NCBI GenBank assembly: GCA_021404905.1
Contig: QWHN01000003.1
Span: 23,080-87,079, forward strand
Direction of reading: 5' to 3'
Source: Candidatus Saccharibacteria bacterium CPR2
Lineage (GTDB): Bacteria > Patescibacteriota > Saccharimonadia > Saccharimonadales > QWHN01
DNA: 64,000 nt
This document shows, in pieces, positions 36,485-45,457 of the stretch (position 1 is the stretch's first letter; each line of letters begins with the position of its first letter). The notes below the pieces were generated by a model that worked only from the letters and a program-made list of their open reading frames with translations, searched no databases and had not been told where the DNA came from. The position numbers and the translations under genes were made by a program.

Positions 36485-36595
36485 AAAATTGGAGCTTACA
36501 AGCAAGTTTGCTTGCTAGGCGGCAGAGCCGAGCTTCTCTTATTTAGCGGTTTGTCTCAGAATGGTTCTGGCTTCTTCATAGAGAGACACCAGAAA
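36485..36595 (+). repeat. GC-rich repeat (family B), partial copy Z
   Basis: gcttgctaggcggcagagccgagctt...ggttctggcttcttcata parallels gcccgctaggcggcggggctgagctt...ggttctagccttttcgta in copy Y. It lacks the 30-bp core. Confidence 0.65.
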
Positions 36596-36640
36596 TACTT
36601 TAAACTTTTAAATTTATACTTTATACTACCTCTATTCGAG

Positions 36641-36716
36641 GGTCTATAGCTCAGTCGGCTAGAGCGTCTGGTTTACACCCAGAAGGTCGTAGGTTCGAGT
36701 CCTACTGGACCCACCA
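36641..36716 (+). tRNA. tRNA-Val(TAC)
   Basis: GGGTCTA/TGGACCC acceptor, anticodon loop TTTACAC, T-loop TTCGAGT, CCA. Confidence 0.92.
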
Positions 36717-36815
36717 AATTCGGTTTACTCCAAGATACCCCTAACATAAGCATAAATGCTACCAAAAGTGGCATCAGAGTGTTACAATAAATGGAGCAAT
36801 TAAAGGGGGCTTAAT

Positions 36816-37385
36816 ATGACAATTTTAATAATCTTAGGCGTAGTTTTAGCAGTTTTCGTGCTTTGGCTATGGGCAACCTATAACGGATTGGTCAAAGCGA
36901 ATGTTCGCGTTGATGAGGCGTGGAGCGATATCACCGTTCAGCTCAAAAGACGAACTGATCTAATCCCAAATCTAGTCAATACCGTAAAGGGATATGCAAA
37001 ACACGAGGAAGGTGTTTTTAAGGAAGTTACCGAAGCGCGTTCGGCTATAATGAACGCCAAAGGTGTAAAAGAGACCGCGCAAGCCGAAAATATGTTTGAG
37101 GGCGCTCTAAAAAGCCTGTTTGCGGTCGCGGAAAATTATCCCGATCTTAAAGCCGATCAAAACTTTCGCCACTTACAGGAGGAGCTGGTAGATACGGAAA
37201 ATAAAATCCAGGCGTCGAGGCGCTTTTACAATGGCTCTGCTCGAGATCTGAACATAAAAGTTAAAGTTTTCCCAACCAATATATTTGCCAAGCAACTTGG
37301 CTTTAATGAAAGAGAATTTTTTGAAGTTGAAGACAGAAATGCGATAGAAAATCCTGTCAACGTAGACTTCGGTACAAAATCATAA
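36816..37385 (+). CDS. lemA: LemA-family membrane protein
   Basis: N-terminal TM, then YNGLVKANVRVDEAWSDITVQLKRRTDLIPNLVNTVKGYAKHE, typical of LemA. Confidence 0.85.
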   Translation: MTILIILGVVLAVFVLWLWATYNGLVKANVRVDEAWSDITVQLKRRTDLIPNLVNTVKGYAKHEEGVFKEVTEARSAIMNAKGVKETAQAENMFEGALKSLFAVAENYPDLKADQNFRHLQEELVDTENKIQASRRFYNGSARDLNIKVKVFPTNIFAKQLGFNEREFFEVEDRNAIENPVNVDFGTKS

Positions 37386-37425
37386 TATACCTTTCCTTGA
37401 TCCCTAATTTCTAATCGCCACCTCA

Positions 37426-38307
37426 ATGTATAGCCAAATTGCCAGCAATAAAAGAAAAACCTACATTATCATGTTTTTCTTTTTGCTTTTTGCCGGCTTT
37501 CTGGGCTGGTTCGCTGGATATTATTTCGGTGATGTGAGCATAACCGTTATTGTACTCTCGGTTGCGCTTATGTACGCTTTGTTCAGTTATTTTAACGCGG
37601 CGAAAATTGCAGTGGCAGTGAATGGAGCGCACCCTATTGAGCAAAAAGATAACCCCAGACTTTATAAAATCGTAGAAAATTTGGCGATTACTGAGGGCAT
37701 GCCTATGCCAAAGGTCTATGTTATTAACGATCCTGCTCCTAACGCGTTTGCTACCGGCAGAGACCCTAACCATGCTATCGTGGCTGCGACCACGGGACTG
37801 CTGGAAATTATGGACGATCAAGAGCTCGAAGGCGTAATGGCCCATGAGCTGGGGCATGTAAAAAACTACGACATTCGGGTGATGATGATAGTATTTGCTC
37901 TGGTGACAGTGATCGCCCTGCTGAGCGATATAATACTCAGAATGACTTTTTTCTCGAGAGATGACGACAGCAGAAGCAGCGGAGGAAATGTATTAGTGAT
38001 AGTTGGGCTGGTAGCTATGATTCTCGCGCCGCTTGCCGCGACTTTGTTAAAACTTGCGATTTCACGAAAACGGGAATACCTGGCTGATGCCACCGGAGCT
38101 CTAACTACAAGATATCCGGATGGACTGGCGAGAGCACTAGAGAAAATTGGTCAATACGGCTCTTCTTTGCGCCGTCAAAACAGCTCAACCGCCCATTTGT
38201 TTTTCGCAAATCCACTCAAGGGAGGCTCAATTGCAAGCCTATTTAGTACGCATCCCCCAATTGAGGATAGAATAAATCGCCTGCGTGAAATGAGCACAAG
38301 CCTGTAA
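37426..38307 (+). CDS. htpX: Zinc metalloprotease HtpX (M48)
   Basis: HELGHVKN zinc motif, four TM segments, C-terminal STHPPIEDRI. Confidence 0.9.
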   Translation: MYSQIASNKRKTYIIMFFFLLFAGFLGWFAGYYFGDVSITVIVLSVALMYALFSYFNAAKIAVAVNGAHPIEQKDNPRLYKIVENLAITEGMPMPKVYVINDPAPNAFATGRDPNHAIVAATTGLLEIMDDQELEGVMAHELGHVKNYDIRVMMIVFALVTVIALLSDIILRMTFFSRDDDSRSSGGNVLVIVGLVAMILAPLAATLLKLAISRKREYLADATGALTTRYPDGLARALEKIGQYGSSLRRQNSSTAHLFFANPLKGGSIASLFSTHPPIEDRINRLREMSTSL

Positions 38308-38316
38308 AATTAGTTT

Positions 38317-39255
38317 ATGGTAAAGGCTAAGAAAAAACCGGAAAAGTCCAAGTCAAAGACAAAATCTAATAAAAAGACTCAAAAAAATTTATGGCAAAGA
38401 ATACGTCCGCAAAAGCGCGAGTATGATGAAGTCTTAACGTTTTGGCTGGCGACCAAAGAGACGCTAAAGTTTATAAAAACATCCTGGAAAAAGCTTGGCG
38501 GAATAGCACTGATTTACTTAATTCTCTACCTTTTGTTTGTAAAGGGTAGTGAAAAATTTAATCTTGATGAGATAAATCAATCTCTCGATGAGGTTTTGGG
38601 GGCGAACGGCAACAAGATAATTCGATCAGCTACATTAGTTGGAGTTACTCTAGGCTCTCAAAGTCAAAGCTCTGAATCCAGTTCTGTTTACGGTATGTTT
38701 CTGTCTGTTATATTTATATTAGCCCTCATCTGGGGAGTCAGGCGTCTTAATAATAAAGATAAATTTAAAATAAGAGATGCTTTTTATTTTGGCGTGCAAC
38801 CTATCATTCCGTTTATACTAGTAACCTCTGTTATTGCGGCTCAGCTTATACCATTTGCGCTTGGTAGCTTTTTATACGAAACGGTGAAGCAAAATGCAAT
38901 CGTAGCGTATTTTTGGGAAGAATCCATATTTTTAGGAATTTGGTTAATTGGAGCGCTGTTGAGTGCCTATTGGCTGGCTGTTTCAGTAAATGCTTTATTT
39001 GTAGTTTCTCTGCCGAATATGTATCCGCTTCAGGCTTTAAAGGAAGCAAAGCAGTTGGTTAGATATCGGCGATGGATAGTTTTTCGCCGCATGATTGCCT
39101 TCCCAATTGCGGTTGCGATAGTTGGTTTGATAATTTTAATCATTACGGCGTACTTAGCCCCATCGTTGACAGTTTGGATTTTTGAGATACTTAAAGCATT
39201 TGGGATAGTTGCCATCATTGTTTATTTGTATAAAATCTATCGTTCTATGGTATGA
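38317..39255 (+). CDS. Hypothetical polytopic membrane protein with Lys-rich N-terminus
   Basis: KKKPEKSKSKTKSNKK head followed by about six hydrophobic helices. Overlaps the ligA start by 4 nt. Confidence 0.55.
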   Translation: MVKAKKKPEKSKSKTKSNKKTQKNLWQRIRPQKREYDEVLTFWLATKETLKFIKTSWKKLGGIALIYLILYLLFVKGSEKFNLDEINQSLDEVLGANGNKIIRSATLVGVTLGSQSQSSESSSVYGMFLSVIFILALIWGVRRLNNKDKFKIRDAFYFGVQPIIPFILVTSVIAAQLIPFALGSFLYETVKQNAIVAYFWEESIFLGIWLIGALLSAYWLAVSVNALFVVSLPNMYPLQALKEAKQLVRYRRWIVFRRMIAFPIAVAIVGLIILIITAYLAPSLTVWIFEILKAFGIVAIIVYLYKIYRSMV

Positions 39256-41270
39256 ATGAATCCCAGGCAAAAATCAGGGTAGAAAAATTAAGAGAAGAAA
39301 TAGAGAAGCATCGCTATGCGTACTACGTTTTAGATATTCCAGAGATTAGCGATGAAGCATATGATTCTCTTGTGCACGAGCTGGAAAAACTGGAAGCTAA
39401 ATTTCCTGAATTGGCAGATCCAAATTCTCCTACCAGGCGTGTTGGCGCTAAACCTCTTGAAAAATTTCAATCCGCAAAACATTCGCGCCCAATGCTTAGT
39501 CTCAACGACGCGTTTGATAAAAAGGACGTCGAAGCATGGGTTCAGCGGATTTCAAAATTTTTACCAAAAAGCTATAAGCCCAAGTATCATGTTCAATTAA
39601 AGCTGGACGGTCTTGCTTGCGCCATAATTTATGAAAATGGTATTTTCCAGAAAGCTTTAACCAGGGGTGATGGTAAAGTTGGCGAAGATGTATCTCAAAA
39701 TGTGCGCACTATCAGATCAATTCCGTTAAAATTACGTCGCAGCAGTAAAGCACCAAAAGAAGCATATACGTCAAGGGTTGAAGTTCGTGGCGAGATAGTT
39801 ATTTATAAGAGAGATTTTGAAAAGATTAACAAAGAAAGAGAAGAACAAGGACAGACCCTGTTCATGAATCCGCGCAATACTGCCGCTGGGACGATTAGGC
39901 AACTTGATCCAAAACTGGTAGCTTCGCGCCCCTTAAGGTTTTATGCGTGGGGGCTTGAAATTGATGGAGCCTCAATAGAGAAGCATTCTGAGGAATACGA
40001 ACTTGCCAAGGAACTTGGGTTTGTTGTAAGTACCCAAACTACTGTTGCGTACAATGTTGATGAGGTAATGAAATTCGTAAAAACCTGGGAGCAAAAGCGT
40101 CATGATTTGCCCTTTAATACTGATGGTTTGGTAATTGCTATCAATAATCGGAAAATATATGACGATCTTGGGTCGGTAGGAAAAGCACCGCGAGGGGCCT
40201 TGGCGTATAAATATCCGCCCGAGCAACAGACAACAAAAGTAAAAGACATATTCGTTTCAATTGGCCGAACCGGCGCGGCGACGCCAGTAGCTATGCTTGA
40301 GCCAGTTATAATTGCTGGCTCCAGGGTGGAAATGGCCACGCTTCATAATGAGTCGGAAGTGAAGCGCAAAGACGTGAGAATTGGCGATACCGTAATAGTA
40401 CACAAGGCAGGAGATATTATTCCCGAAATAGTCGAATCTATAAAAAGCTTGAGGGATGGCAGCGAAAAAATTTTTCATATGCCAAAAAAATGTCCGGATT
40501 GCAGCACCGAGTTAATAAAACCAGCTGACGAGGCAGTTTGGCGTTGCCCGAACAGAAATTGTCCTGCTCGCGTGCAAAATCACATCAGGCATTTTGCTTC
40601 TAAATCCGCCATAGACATTGAAGGTCTTGGTGAAAAAAACGTAACTGTCTTACTGGAGTCTGGGCTCATAAAAGACGAGGCGGATTTGTATTCATTAAAA
40701 GAGGAAGACGTTTCGAAACTGGAACGCTTCGCGGAGCTTTCGGCGAAAAATTTAGTAAATGCTATTAATGCCAAGAAAAACCCTAGCTTGGAGAGGTTCA
40801 TTTTTGCTCTCGGGATAAGACATGTAGGTGTGCAAACGGCTATCGATTTAGCCAAAAAATTTGGATCTTTAGAATCACTGACGCGGTCTTCAATCCAGCA
40901 GCTAGAGGAAGTGGACGGCGTTGGCGGGAAAGTCGCCGAGAGCATAGCCGCGTGGTTCGCGGACGACGAAAATCAAAAGTTGTTAAATAAGTTCGAAAAA
41001 GCTGGGGTTAAACCGCAAAAATATGCCATAGTCAGCGGAAAACTGGAAGGCAAATCATTTGTAGTTACGGGTACGCTAGAGACTATGGGCAGGGAAAAAG
41101 CAGCAGAATTAATACGCAAGATGGGTGGCAAATTTATCTCCAGCGTATCAAAAGACACTACTTATCTTGTTGTTGGCGACAATCCTGGGGAGTCAAAACG
41201 CCAGGCAGCAAAAAAACACGGCATTAAAATTATCAACGAAGATGAGTTTATAGGATTATTAAAAAGTTGA
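39252..41270 (+). CDS. ligA: NAD-dependent DNA ligase
   Basis: KLDG adenylation motif, Zn finger CPDCSTELIKPADEAVWRCPNRNCPAR, HhH repeats and a C-terminal BRCT (FVVTGTL...). Confidence 0.95.
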   Translation: MNESQAKIRVEKLREEIEKHRYAYYVLDIPEISDEAYDSLVHELEKLEAKFPELADPNSPTRRVGAKPLEKFQSAKHSRPMLSLNDAFDKKDVEAWVQRISKFLPKSYKPKYHVQLKLDGLACAIIYENGIFQKALTRGDGKVGEDVSQNVRTIRSIPLKLRRSSKAPKEAYTSRVEVRGEIVIYKRDFEKINKEREEQGQTLFMNPRNTAAGTIRQLDPKLVASRPLRFYAWGLEIDGASIEKHSEEYELAKELGFVVSTQTTVAYNVDEVMKFVKTWEQKRHDLPFNTDGLVIAINNRKIYDDLGSVGKAPRGALAYKYPPEQQTTKVKDIFVSIGRTGAATPVAMLEPVIIAGSRVEMATLHNESEVKRKDVRIGDTVIVHKAGDIIPEIVESIKSLRDGSEKIFHMPKKCPDCSTELIKPADEAVWRCPNRNCPARVQNHIRHFASKSAIDIEGLGEKNVTVLLESGLIKDEADLYSLKEEDVSKLERFAELSAKNLVNAINAKKNPSLERFIFALGIRHVGVQTAIDLAKKFGSLESLTRSSIQQLEEVDGVGGKVAESIAAWFADDENQKLLNKFEKAGVKPQKYAIVSGKLEGKSFVVTGTLETMGREKAAELIRKMGGKFISSVSKDTTYLVVGDNPGESKRQAAKKHGIKIINEDEFIGLLKS

Positions 41271-41364
41271 AAGCGCAGCAAACATATCTTATAATCATAA
41301 GCGACTTATGTGACTCGGAGCTTTAGCTCGTGCACATGGGTGGGCGTGCATGAGCCCACAACAA

Positions 41365-41525
41365 ATTAGGAAACAGCAACTAGCAATTAGAAACTAGAAA
41401 ATAGGAACTAGTTTTTAAAACATACTATTTTCTATTTCCTAATTGCTGTTTCCTAATTTCTATACTCTATACTCTATTTCCCAGTTTCTAACTTCTATTT
41501 TCTAACCAATAATTCCCATTTTCTT
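41365..41525. repeat. TAGGAA/TAGAAA-word palindromic intergenic repeat (family A)
   Basis: AGGAAACAGCAA...TTGCTGTTTCCT inverted arms. The core CATACTATTTTCTATTTCCTAATTGCTGTTTCCTAATTTCTATACTCTATACTC is near-identical to 47669-47730 and to the reverse complement of 16811-16870. Confidence 0.85.
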
Positions 41526-41568
41526 ATCAAACCTGATATTATTTATTCAATTTATCGGGAGAAAATTT

Positions 41569-42756
41569 ATGAAGCAACGCACCTTACTGCTGGCGTCGGC
41601 AATTGCCGGGTTAGTAGTTATTTTTTTTGTGCTCAGCAGCGCCATTTCATTTGGGCCAAAGATTGAAGTAAGTGGCAATGTAGTTTTGCCAAAAAATGAA
41701 GTTTTTGTTGGTACGTATCTAAGGGCTGCCAGCGACGTAGAGATAAACGGCACTATTGAGGGTGATGTATTTATTGCCGCTCAAAATATTACTATCAATG
41801 GTATGGTTCGAGGTAACGTTTATTTGGCTGCTGCCAATATTAACGTCAATGGAAACATTGGCGGCGCAGTACACGCGGCTGCCCAAAACGTTAACATAAC
41901 CGGCAGTATAGATCAGAATATTGTTACTGCTGGCGCTACGGTTAATATTGGCTCAGGTGAAGAGAATGACAGGATTGGTGGTGGAGTGATGGCGGCTGGA
42001 AGCGTAGTTAAAGTGAATAGTTTTGTTGCTTCGGATCTTTACGCGGCGGGAGAAAATCTGATTTTAAACTCAGAAATACGCGGTAACGCCCGTCTTGCAG
42101 GCAACAACATAACGCTCGAACAAAACGCACTGGTTAATGGTAATGTAAAGTATGTTTCAGAAAACGATCTTCAGCAAAAAGATGGAAGCAAAGTCATTGG
42201 CTCTACAGAGAAGATTGCCGATAAAACGAAACCAAGTACTGCAACACAATTGAAACAAAATCTTGCCTGGGCACTGTTTGGGGTGCTTTCAACTACGCTT
42301 ATTGGTGCCATACTATTGCGGTCACTGCCTAAAACCACTCGTGAAATCGCCGCAAGGGTTAGAAATAATTTCCTAAAATCTCTTGGTGCTGGTTGGTTGT
42401 TTATCATTACTGTCCCTCTGATATCGCTCTTACTTCTGCCTACGCTAATTGGGATGAAGCTTGCTTTGATAATGATTTTTGTTTACGCACCAATACTCCT
42501 GCTTGGAGGGCTATATGTGGCACTGGCTATTGGCAACTTGATCTTGCCCGAAGAAAAGAAAGATCTTGTAAATGGTTTGAGTGCGTTACTTGTTGGTTTG
42601 GTAATTCTTGGGATTATTCGCTTTATCCCGATAGTGAACGTGTTGTTTGCGTTGATTGTTTCTCCGGCCGGTATAGGCGCATTAGTCTTGCATTTACGGG
42701 ATGGCTACAGGGCAATTAGGGAAAAAGAGCAGAAAGCTATAAAAGCAAAGGCATAG
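41569..42756 (+). CDS. Membrane protein with bactofilin-like beta-helix repeats and a C-terminal multi-TM domain
   Basis: N-terminal TM. Repeats of the type DVEINGTIEGDVFIAAQNITINGMVRGNVYLAAANINVNGNIGG. Four C-terminal hydrophobic helices. Confidence 0.55.
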   Translation: MKQRTLLLASAIAGLVVIFFVLSSAISFGPKIEVSGNVVLPKNEVFVGTYLRAASDVEINGTIEGDVFIAAQNITINGMVRGNVYLAAANINVNGNIGGAVHAAAQNVNITGSIDQNIVTAGATVNIGSGEENDRIGGGVMAAGSVVKVNSFVASDLYAAGENLILNSEIRGNARLAGNNITLEQNALVNGNVKYVSENDLQQKDGSKVIGSTEKIADKTKPSTATQLKQNLAWALFGVLSTTLIGAILLRSLPKTTREIAARVRNNFLKSLGAGWLFIITVPLISLLLLPTLIGMKLALIMIFVYAPILLLGGLYVALAIGNLILPEEKKDLVNGLSALLVGLVILGIIRFIPIVNVLFALIVSPAGIGALVLHLRDGYRAIREKEQKAIKAKA

Positions 42757-42758
42757 AT

Positions 42759-42980
42759 TTGAAGTTACTAATTGAAGTTCCAAATGAAATTGGTAAAGAG
42801 TTTGAAAGTATTGCCAAAAAAGCTGGATTCGCGTCCGCGCAAAGTCTGCTAACAAACTACGTACGTGAAGTTATTCTTGCTGCTCGGTCTGATTTAGCCG
42901 CTCAAAAGGCACGCGAGATAGCAATCGAAACTTCCAAGGATCTAGACAATTTGATACCGCCCGAGAAATTGACAAAATAA
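42759..42980 (+). CDS. Small hypothetical protein, possibly ribbon-helix-helix
   Basis: TTG start. KLLIEVPNEIGKEFESIAKKAGFASAQSLLTNYVREVI has a strand-helix-helix pattern. Weak evidence. Confidence 0.35.
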   Translation: MKLLIEVPNEIGKEFESIAKKAGFASAQSLLTNYVREVILAARSDLAAQKAREIAIETSKDLDNLIPPEKLTK

Positions 42981-43057
42981 AAACGTCTTTACGGTCGTTA
43001 ATTGCATAAATTTAACGTTACTATTACAATTAGGCTAGATAAAAATTGGGGAGGTGT

Positions 43058-43246
43058 ATGTTTAACCTTGGATGGCAAGAACTTTTAATAATATTGCTTA
43101 TACTAGTGCTTATTTTTGGCGCGAAAAAACTTCCGGAATTAATGCGCAGCGTTGGTCGTAGTGCCGGCGAATTCAAAAAAGGCGTTGAAGAAGGCCAATC
43201 TGAAAGTGATAAGAATAAATCCACCACGAAAGGTAACGAAAAGTAA
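43058..43246 (+). CDS. tatA: Twin-arginine translocase subunit TatA/E
   Basis: MFNLGWQELLIILLILVLIFGAKKLPELMRSVGRSAGEFKKG. SD GGGGAGG lies just upstream of ATG 43058. Confidence 0.9.
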   Translation: MFNLGWQELLIILLILVLIFGAKKLPELMRSVGRSAGEFKKGVEEGQSESDKNKSTTKGNEK

Positions 43247-43248
43247 AG

Positions 43249-44157
43249 TTGCAAGACGTAGCGGTGGGTTACGAGACGAGGTTAGACCATAGCAAACCGT
43301 TAATTGAACACTTGCGGGAGCTTAGATTTAGGCTGTCTGTTTGTATTGTAGCGATTGCGGCAATGTCGGTAGTTGGTTTCTGGAAAAGTAATTTGATAAT
43401 CGGCTGGTTGCGCAAACCGCTAGATATGACATTATACTTCTCGGCACCAGCGGGCGGCCTGACGTTTATTATAAAAATTGCGTTATTTTCTGGTTTTTTA
43501 TTGTCTTTGCCGATAGTAATGTATCAGTTTGTGAAATTTATCGCTCCGGTCTTGCCGCAAAAGAAAACTAGAAATAAGCTAATTTCGTTTGTGCTGGCAA
43601 GTTTATTGCTAACTGCCATCGGAGTTGGTTTTGGGTATTTTGTGAGTTTGCCGATCGCTCTTGGTTTTTTAACGTCAATAGTCACTGAAGGCGTAGAACC
43701 ATTAATATCGGCAGATGAATATTTTAATTTCACAGTTGCGTACTTGATCGCGTTTGCCTTGATATTCCAATTGCCTTTAATATTTTTATTTATAAATAAA
43801 ATCAAACCACTTAATCCAAAAAAGTTACTGTTTGGACAAAAATGGGTAATAGTCGCCAGTCTTTTCTTGGCAGCTATATTAACGCCCACACCCGACTTCA
43901 TTAATCAGGCGGTCATGGCCGCGCCAATCATATTGCTCTATCAAATATCCGTACTAATGGTTTGGATCGGGCAATTTACGCGGAAGAAAGAGTTGCCGTT
44001 AGCATCAAGCCCACATGAATTTACTGCGGTTTTGCCAAAGAGTATCAAGGTTCAGCTCCACCCCACACCGGGCGCGTATATAAACGTACAACAGCCAATT
44101 CTCGATTCGCTTAAAAATATGCCAAAATTAGACCCCTTGTTCACAATTAGGCGTTAA
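43249..44157 (+). CDS. tatC: Twin-arginine translocase subunit TatC
   Basis: LIEHLRELRFRL N-terminal motif and six hydrophobic helices. TTG start 3 nt after tatA. Confidence 0.88.
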   Translation: MQDVAVGYETRLDHSKPLIEHLRELRFRLSVCIVAIAAMSVVGFWKSNLIIGWLRKPLDMTLYFSAPAGGLTFIIKIALFSGFLLSLPIVMYQFVKFIAPVLPQKKTRNKLISFVLASLLLTAIGVGFGYFVSLPIALGFLTSIVTEGVEPLISADEYFNFTVAYLIAFALIFQLPLIFLFINKIKPLNPKKLLFGQKWVIVASLFLAAILTPTPDFINQAVMAAPIILLYQISVLMVWIGQFTRKKELPLASSPHEFTAVLPKSIKVQLHPTPGAYINVQQPILDSLKNMPKLDPLFTIRR

Positions 44158-44217
44158 CGATTTGAACCAGCTTATGTAGTTCGTGTATATTGTATAGCGT
44201 AAGCACAGTGTGAAGTT

Positions 44218-44430
44218 ATGCTAAATCTAGATCCTTTGCGAGGGGTTCTAAAAAAGGAGATGACGCGTCGAGAATTTTTGACGCATCTGGGTGCAGCCGT
44301 AATTGCTATGGTAGGCATAACGGCGTTTCTTCGAATAGTCTCTGAATCGTTCAATCCGGCCTCGAAACCCTCCGTGAACAGTACGGATAAAAAAGGAAGT
44401 TCATATGGTGGGGGAGCGTATGGTGCATGA
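44218..44430 (+). CDS. Mini-protein consisting essentially of a twin-arginine signal peptide plus a short Ser/Gly tail
   Basis: MTRREFLTHLGAAVIAMVGITAFL matches (S/T)RRxFLK plus an h-region. No obvious AxA cleavage site. The tail ends GSSYGGGAYGA. The start could be ATG 44260. Confidence 0.55.
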   Translation: MLNLDPLRGVLKKEMTRREFLTHLGAAVIAMVGITAFLRIVSESFNPASKPSVNSTDKKGSSYGGGAYGA

Positions 44431-44441
44431 GGGGGCTATAA

Positions 44442-45455
44442 ATGGCTGACCAAAGATTACCAGTAGTTGGAAGCGATGACGGGCAATGGGGCACCATCCT
44501 TAACCAATTTTTAGAAAAAGAGCACTATAACACCGGTGTAGATAATGTTGACAACGGAGGACATAAGACCGTAACGATACGAGCAGGTACCGCTACTGCG
44601 GGAACTGCGCCACTTAAATTTACATCAGGAACTGTACTTACAACCCCTGAAGCGGGCGCGATGGAGTTTAATTCGGACTCTTTGTATTTCACAACGACTA
44701 CCGGACCTACCAGAAAAACAGTCGCATGGACAGATTTTTCAAACGTGAGCGGCACATTAGGAGTGGCAAACGGAGGCACAGGAGCAACTACTTTAACCGG
44801 AATACTTAAGGGAAATGGCACAAGCGCTTTCACGGCCGTTACAGCTCCCAGCGGTGATATTGTTGGGACTACGGACACTCAGACTTTATCAAATAAAACG
44901 CTAACTACCCCTAAAATTGCTGACCTAGGATATATTGCTGACCCTAATGGAAATGAATATGTAATTTTTGATAGTGTTTCCAGCGCGGTCAATGAGATCA
45001 CGATTACAAATGCGGTTACCACAACGGCGCCACAAATTGCAGCAACTGGCGGCGACACGAATGTTTCGCTCAACTTGTCAGCTAAGGGCACTGGGGCGCT
45101 GGTGGCTAAAAGTGATCTCAATATGGAAGATGAAAATGTCTATTTTACAGAGTACGATAACGGTACAAAAACAACTAACTTTACGGTAGATTGGACTGTC
45201 GGGCAAAAGCAAAAAGTAACGATCAATGCTGCCGGTCCTTTGACGGTTACTTTTACCGCACCTGCTGGCCCATGTAATTTACTTATCAAAATAGTACAAG
45301 GCTCGACACCGGGAACCTTGAGCTGGCCGGGCACTGTAAAATGGCCAGGAGGAACCGCGCCGACGTTGTCTGGTTCTACCAACCAAGTTGATATCGCTTC
45401 TTTTTATTATGACGGCACGAACTATAATGGTGTAGCTAATCTAAACTTCTCATAA
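44442..45455 (+). CDS. Phage tail-fibre-like beta-rich protein without a signal peptide
   Basis: N-terminal LPVVGSDDGQWGTILNQFL, AGTAPLKFTSGTVLTTPEAGAMEFNSDSLYFT, GVANGGTGATTLTG and LSNKTLTTPKI are recurrent blocks of phage fibre/minor tail proteins. No other phage genes are nearby. Confidence 0.5.
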   Translation: MADQRLPVVGSDDGQWGTILNQFLEKEHYNTGVDNVDNGGHKTVTIRAGTATAGTAPLKFTSGTVLTTPEAGAMEFNSDSLYFTTTTGPTRKTVAWTDFSNVSGTLGVANGGTGATTLTGILKGNGTSAFTAVTAPSGDIVGTTDTQTLSNKTLTTPKIADLGYIADPNGNEYVIFDSVSSAVNEITITNAVTTTAPQIAATGGDTNVSLNLSAKGTGALVAKSDLNMEDENVYFTEYDNGTKTTNFTVDWTVGQKQKVTINAAGPLTVTFTAPAGPCNLLIKIVQGSTPGTLSWPGTVKWPGGTAPTLSGSTNQVDIASFYYDGTNYNGVANLNFS

Positions 45456-45457
45456 AA

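Noticed and set aside
41365-41525. The TAGGAA/TAGAAA repeats considered as a possible CRISPR array
   Set aside because: There are no regularly spaced identical direct repeats with unique spacers. Copies are single and palindromic, are dispersed at gene ends, and no cas genes are in the window.
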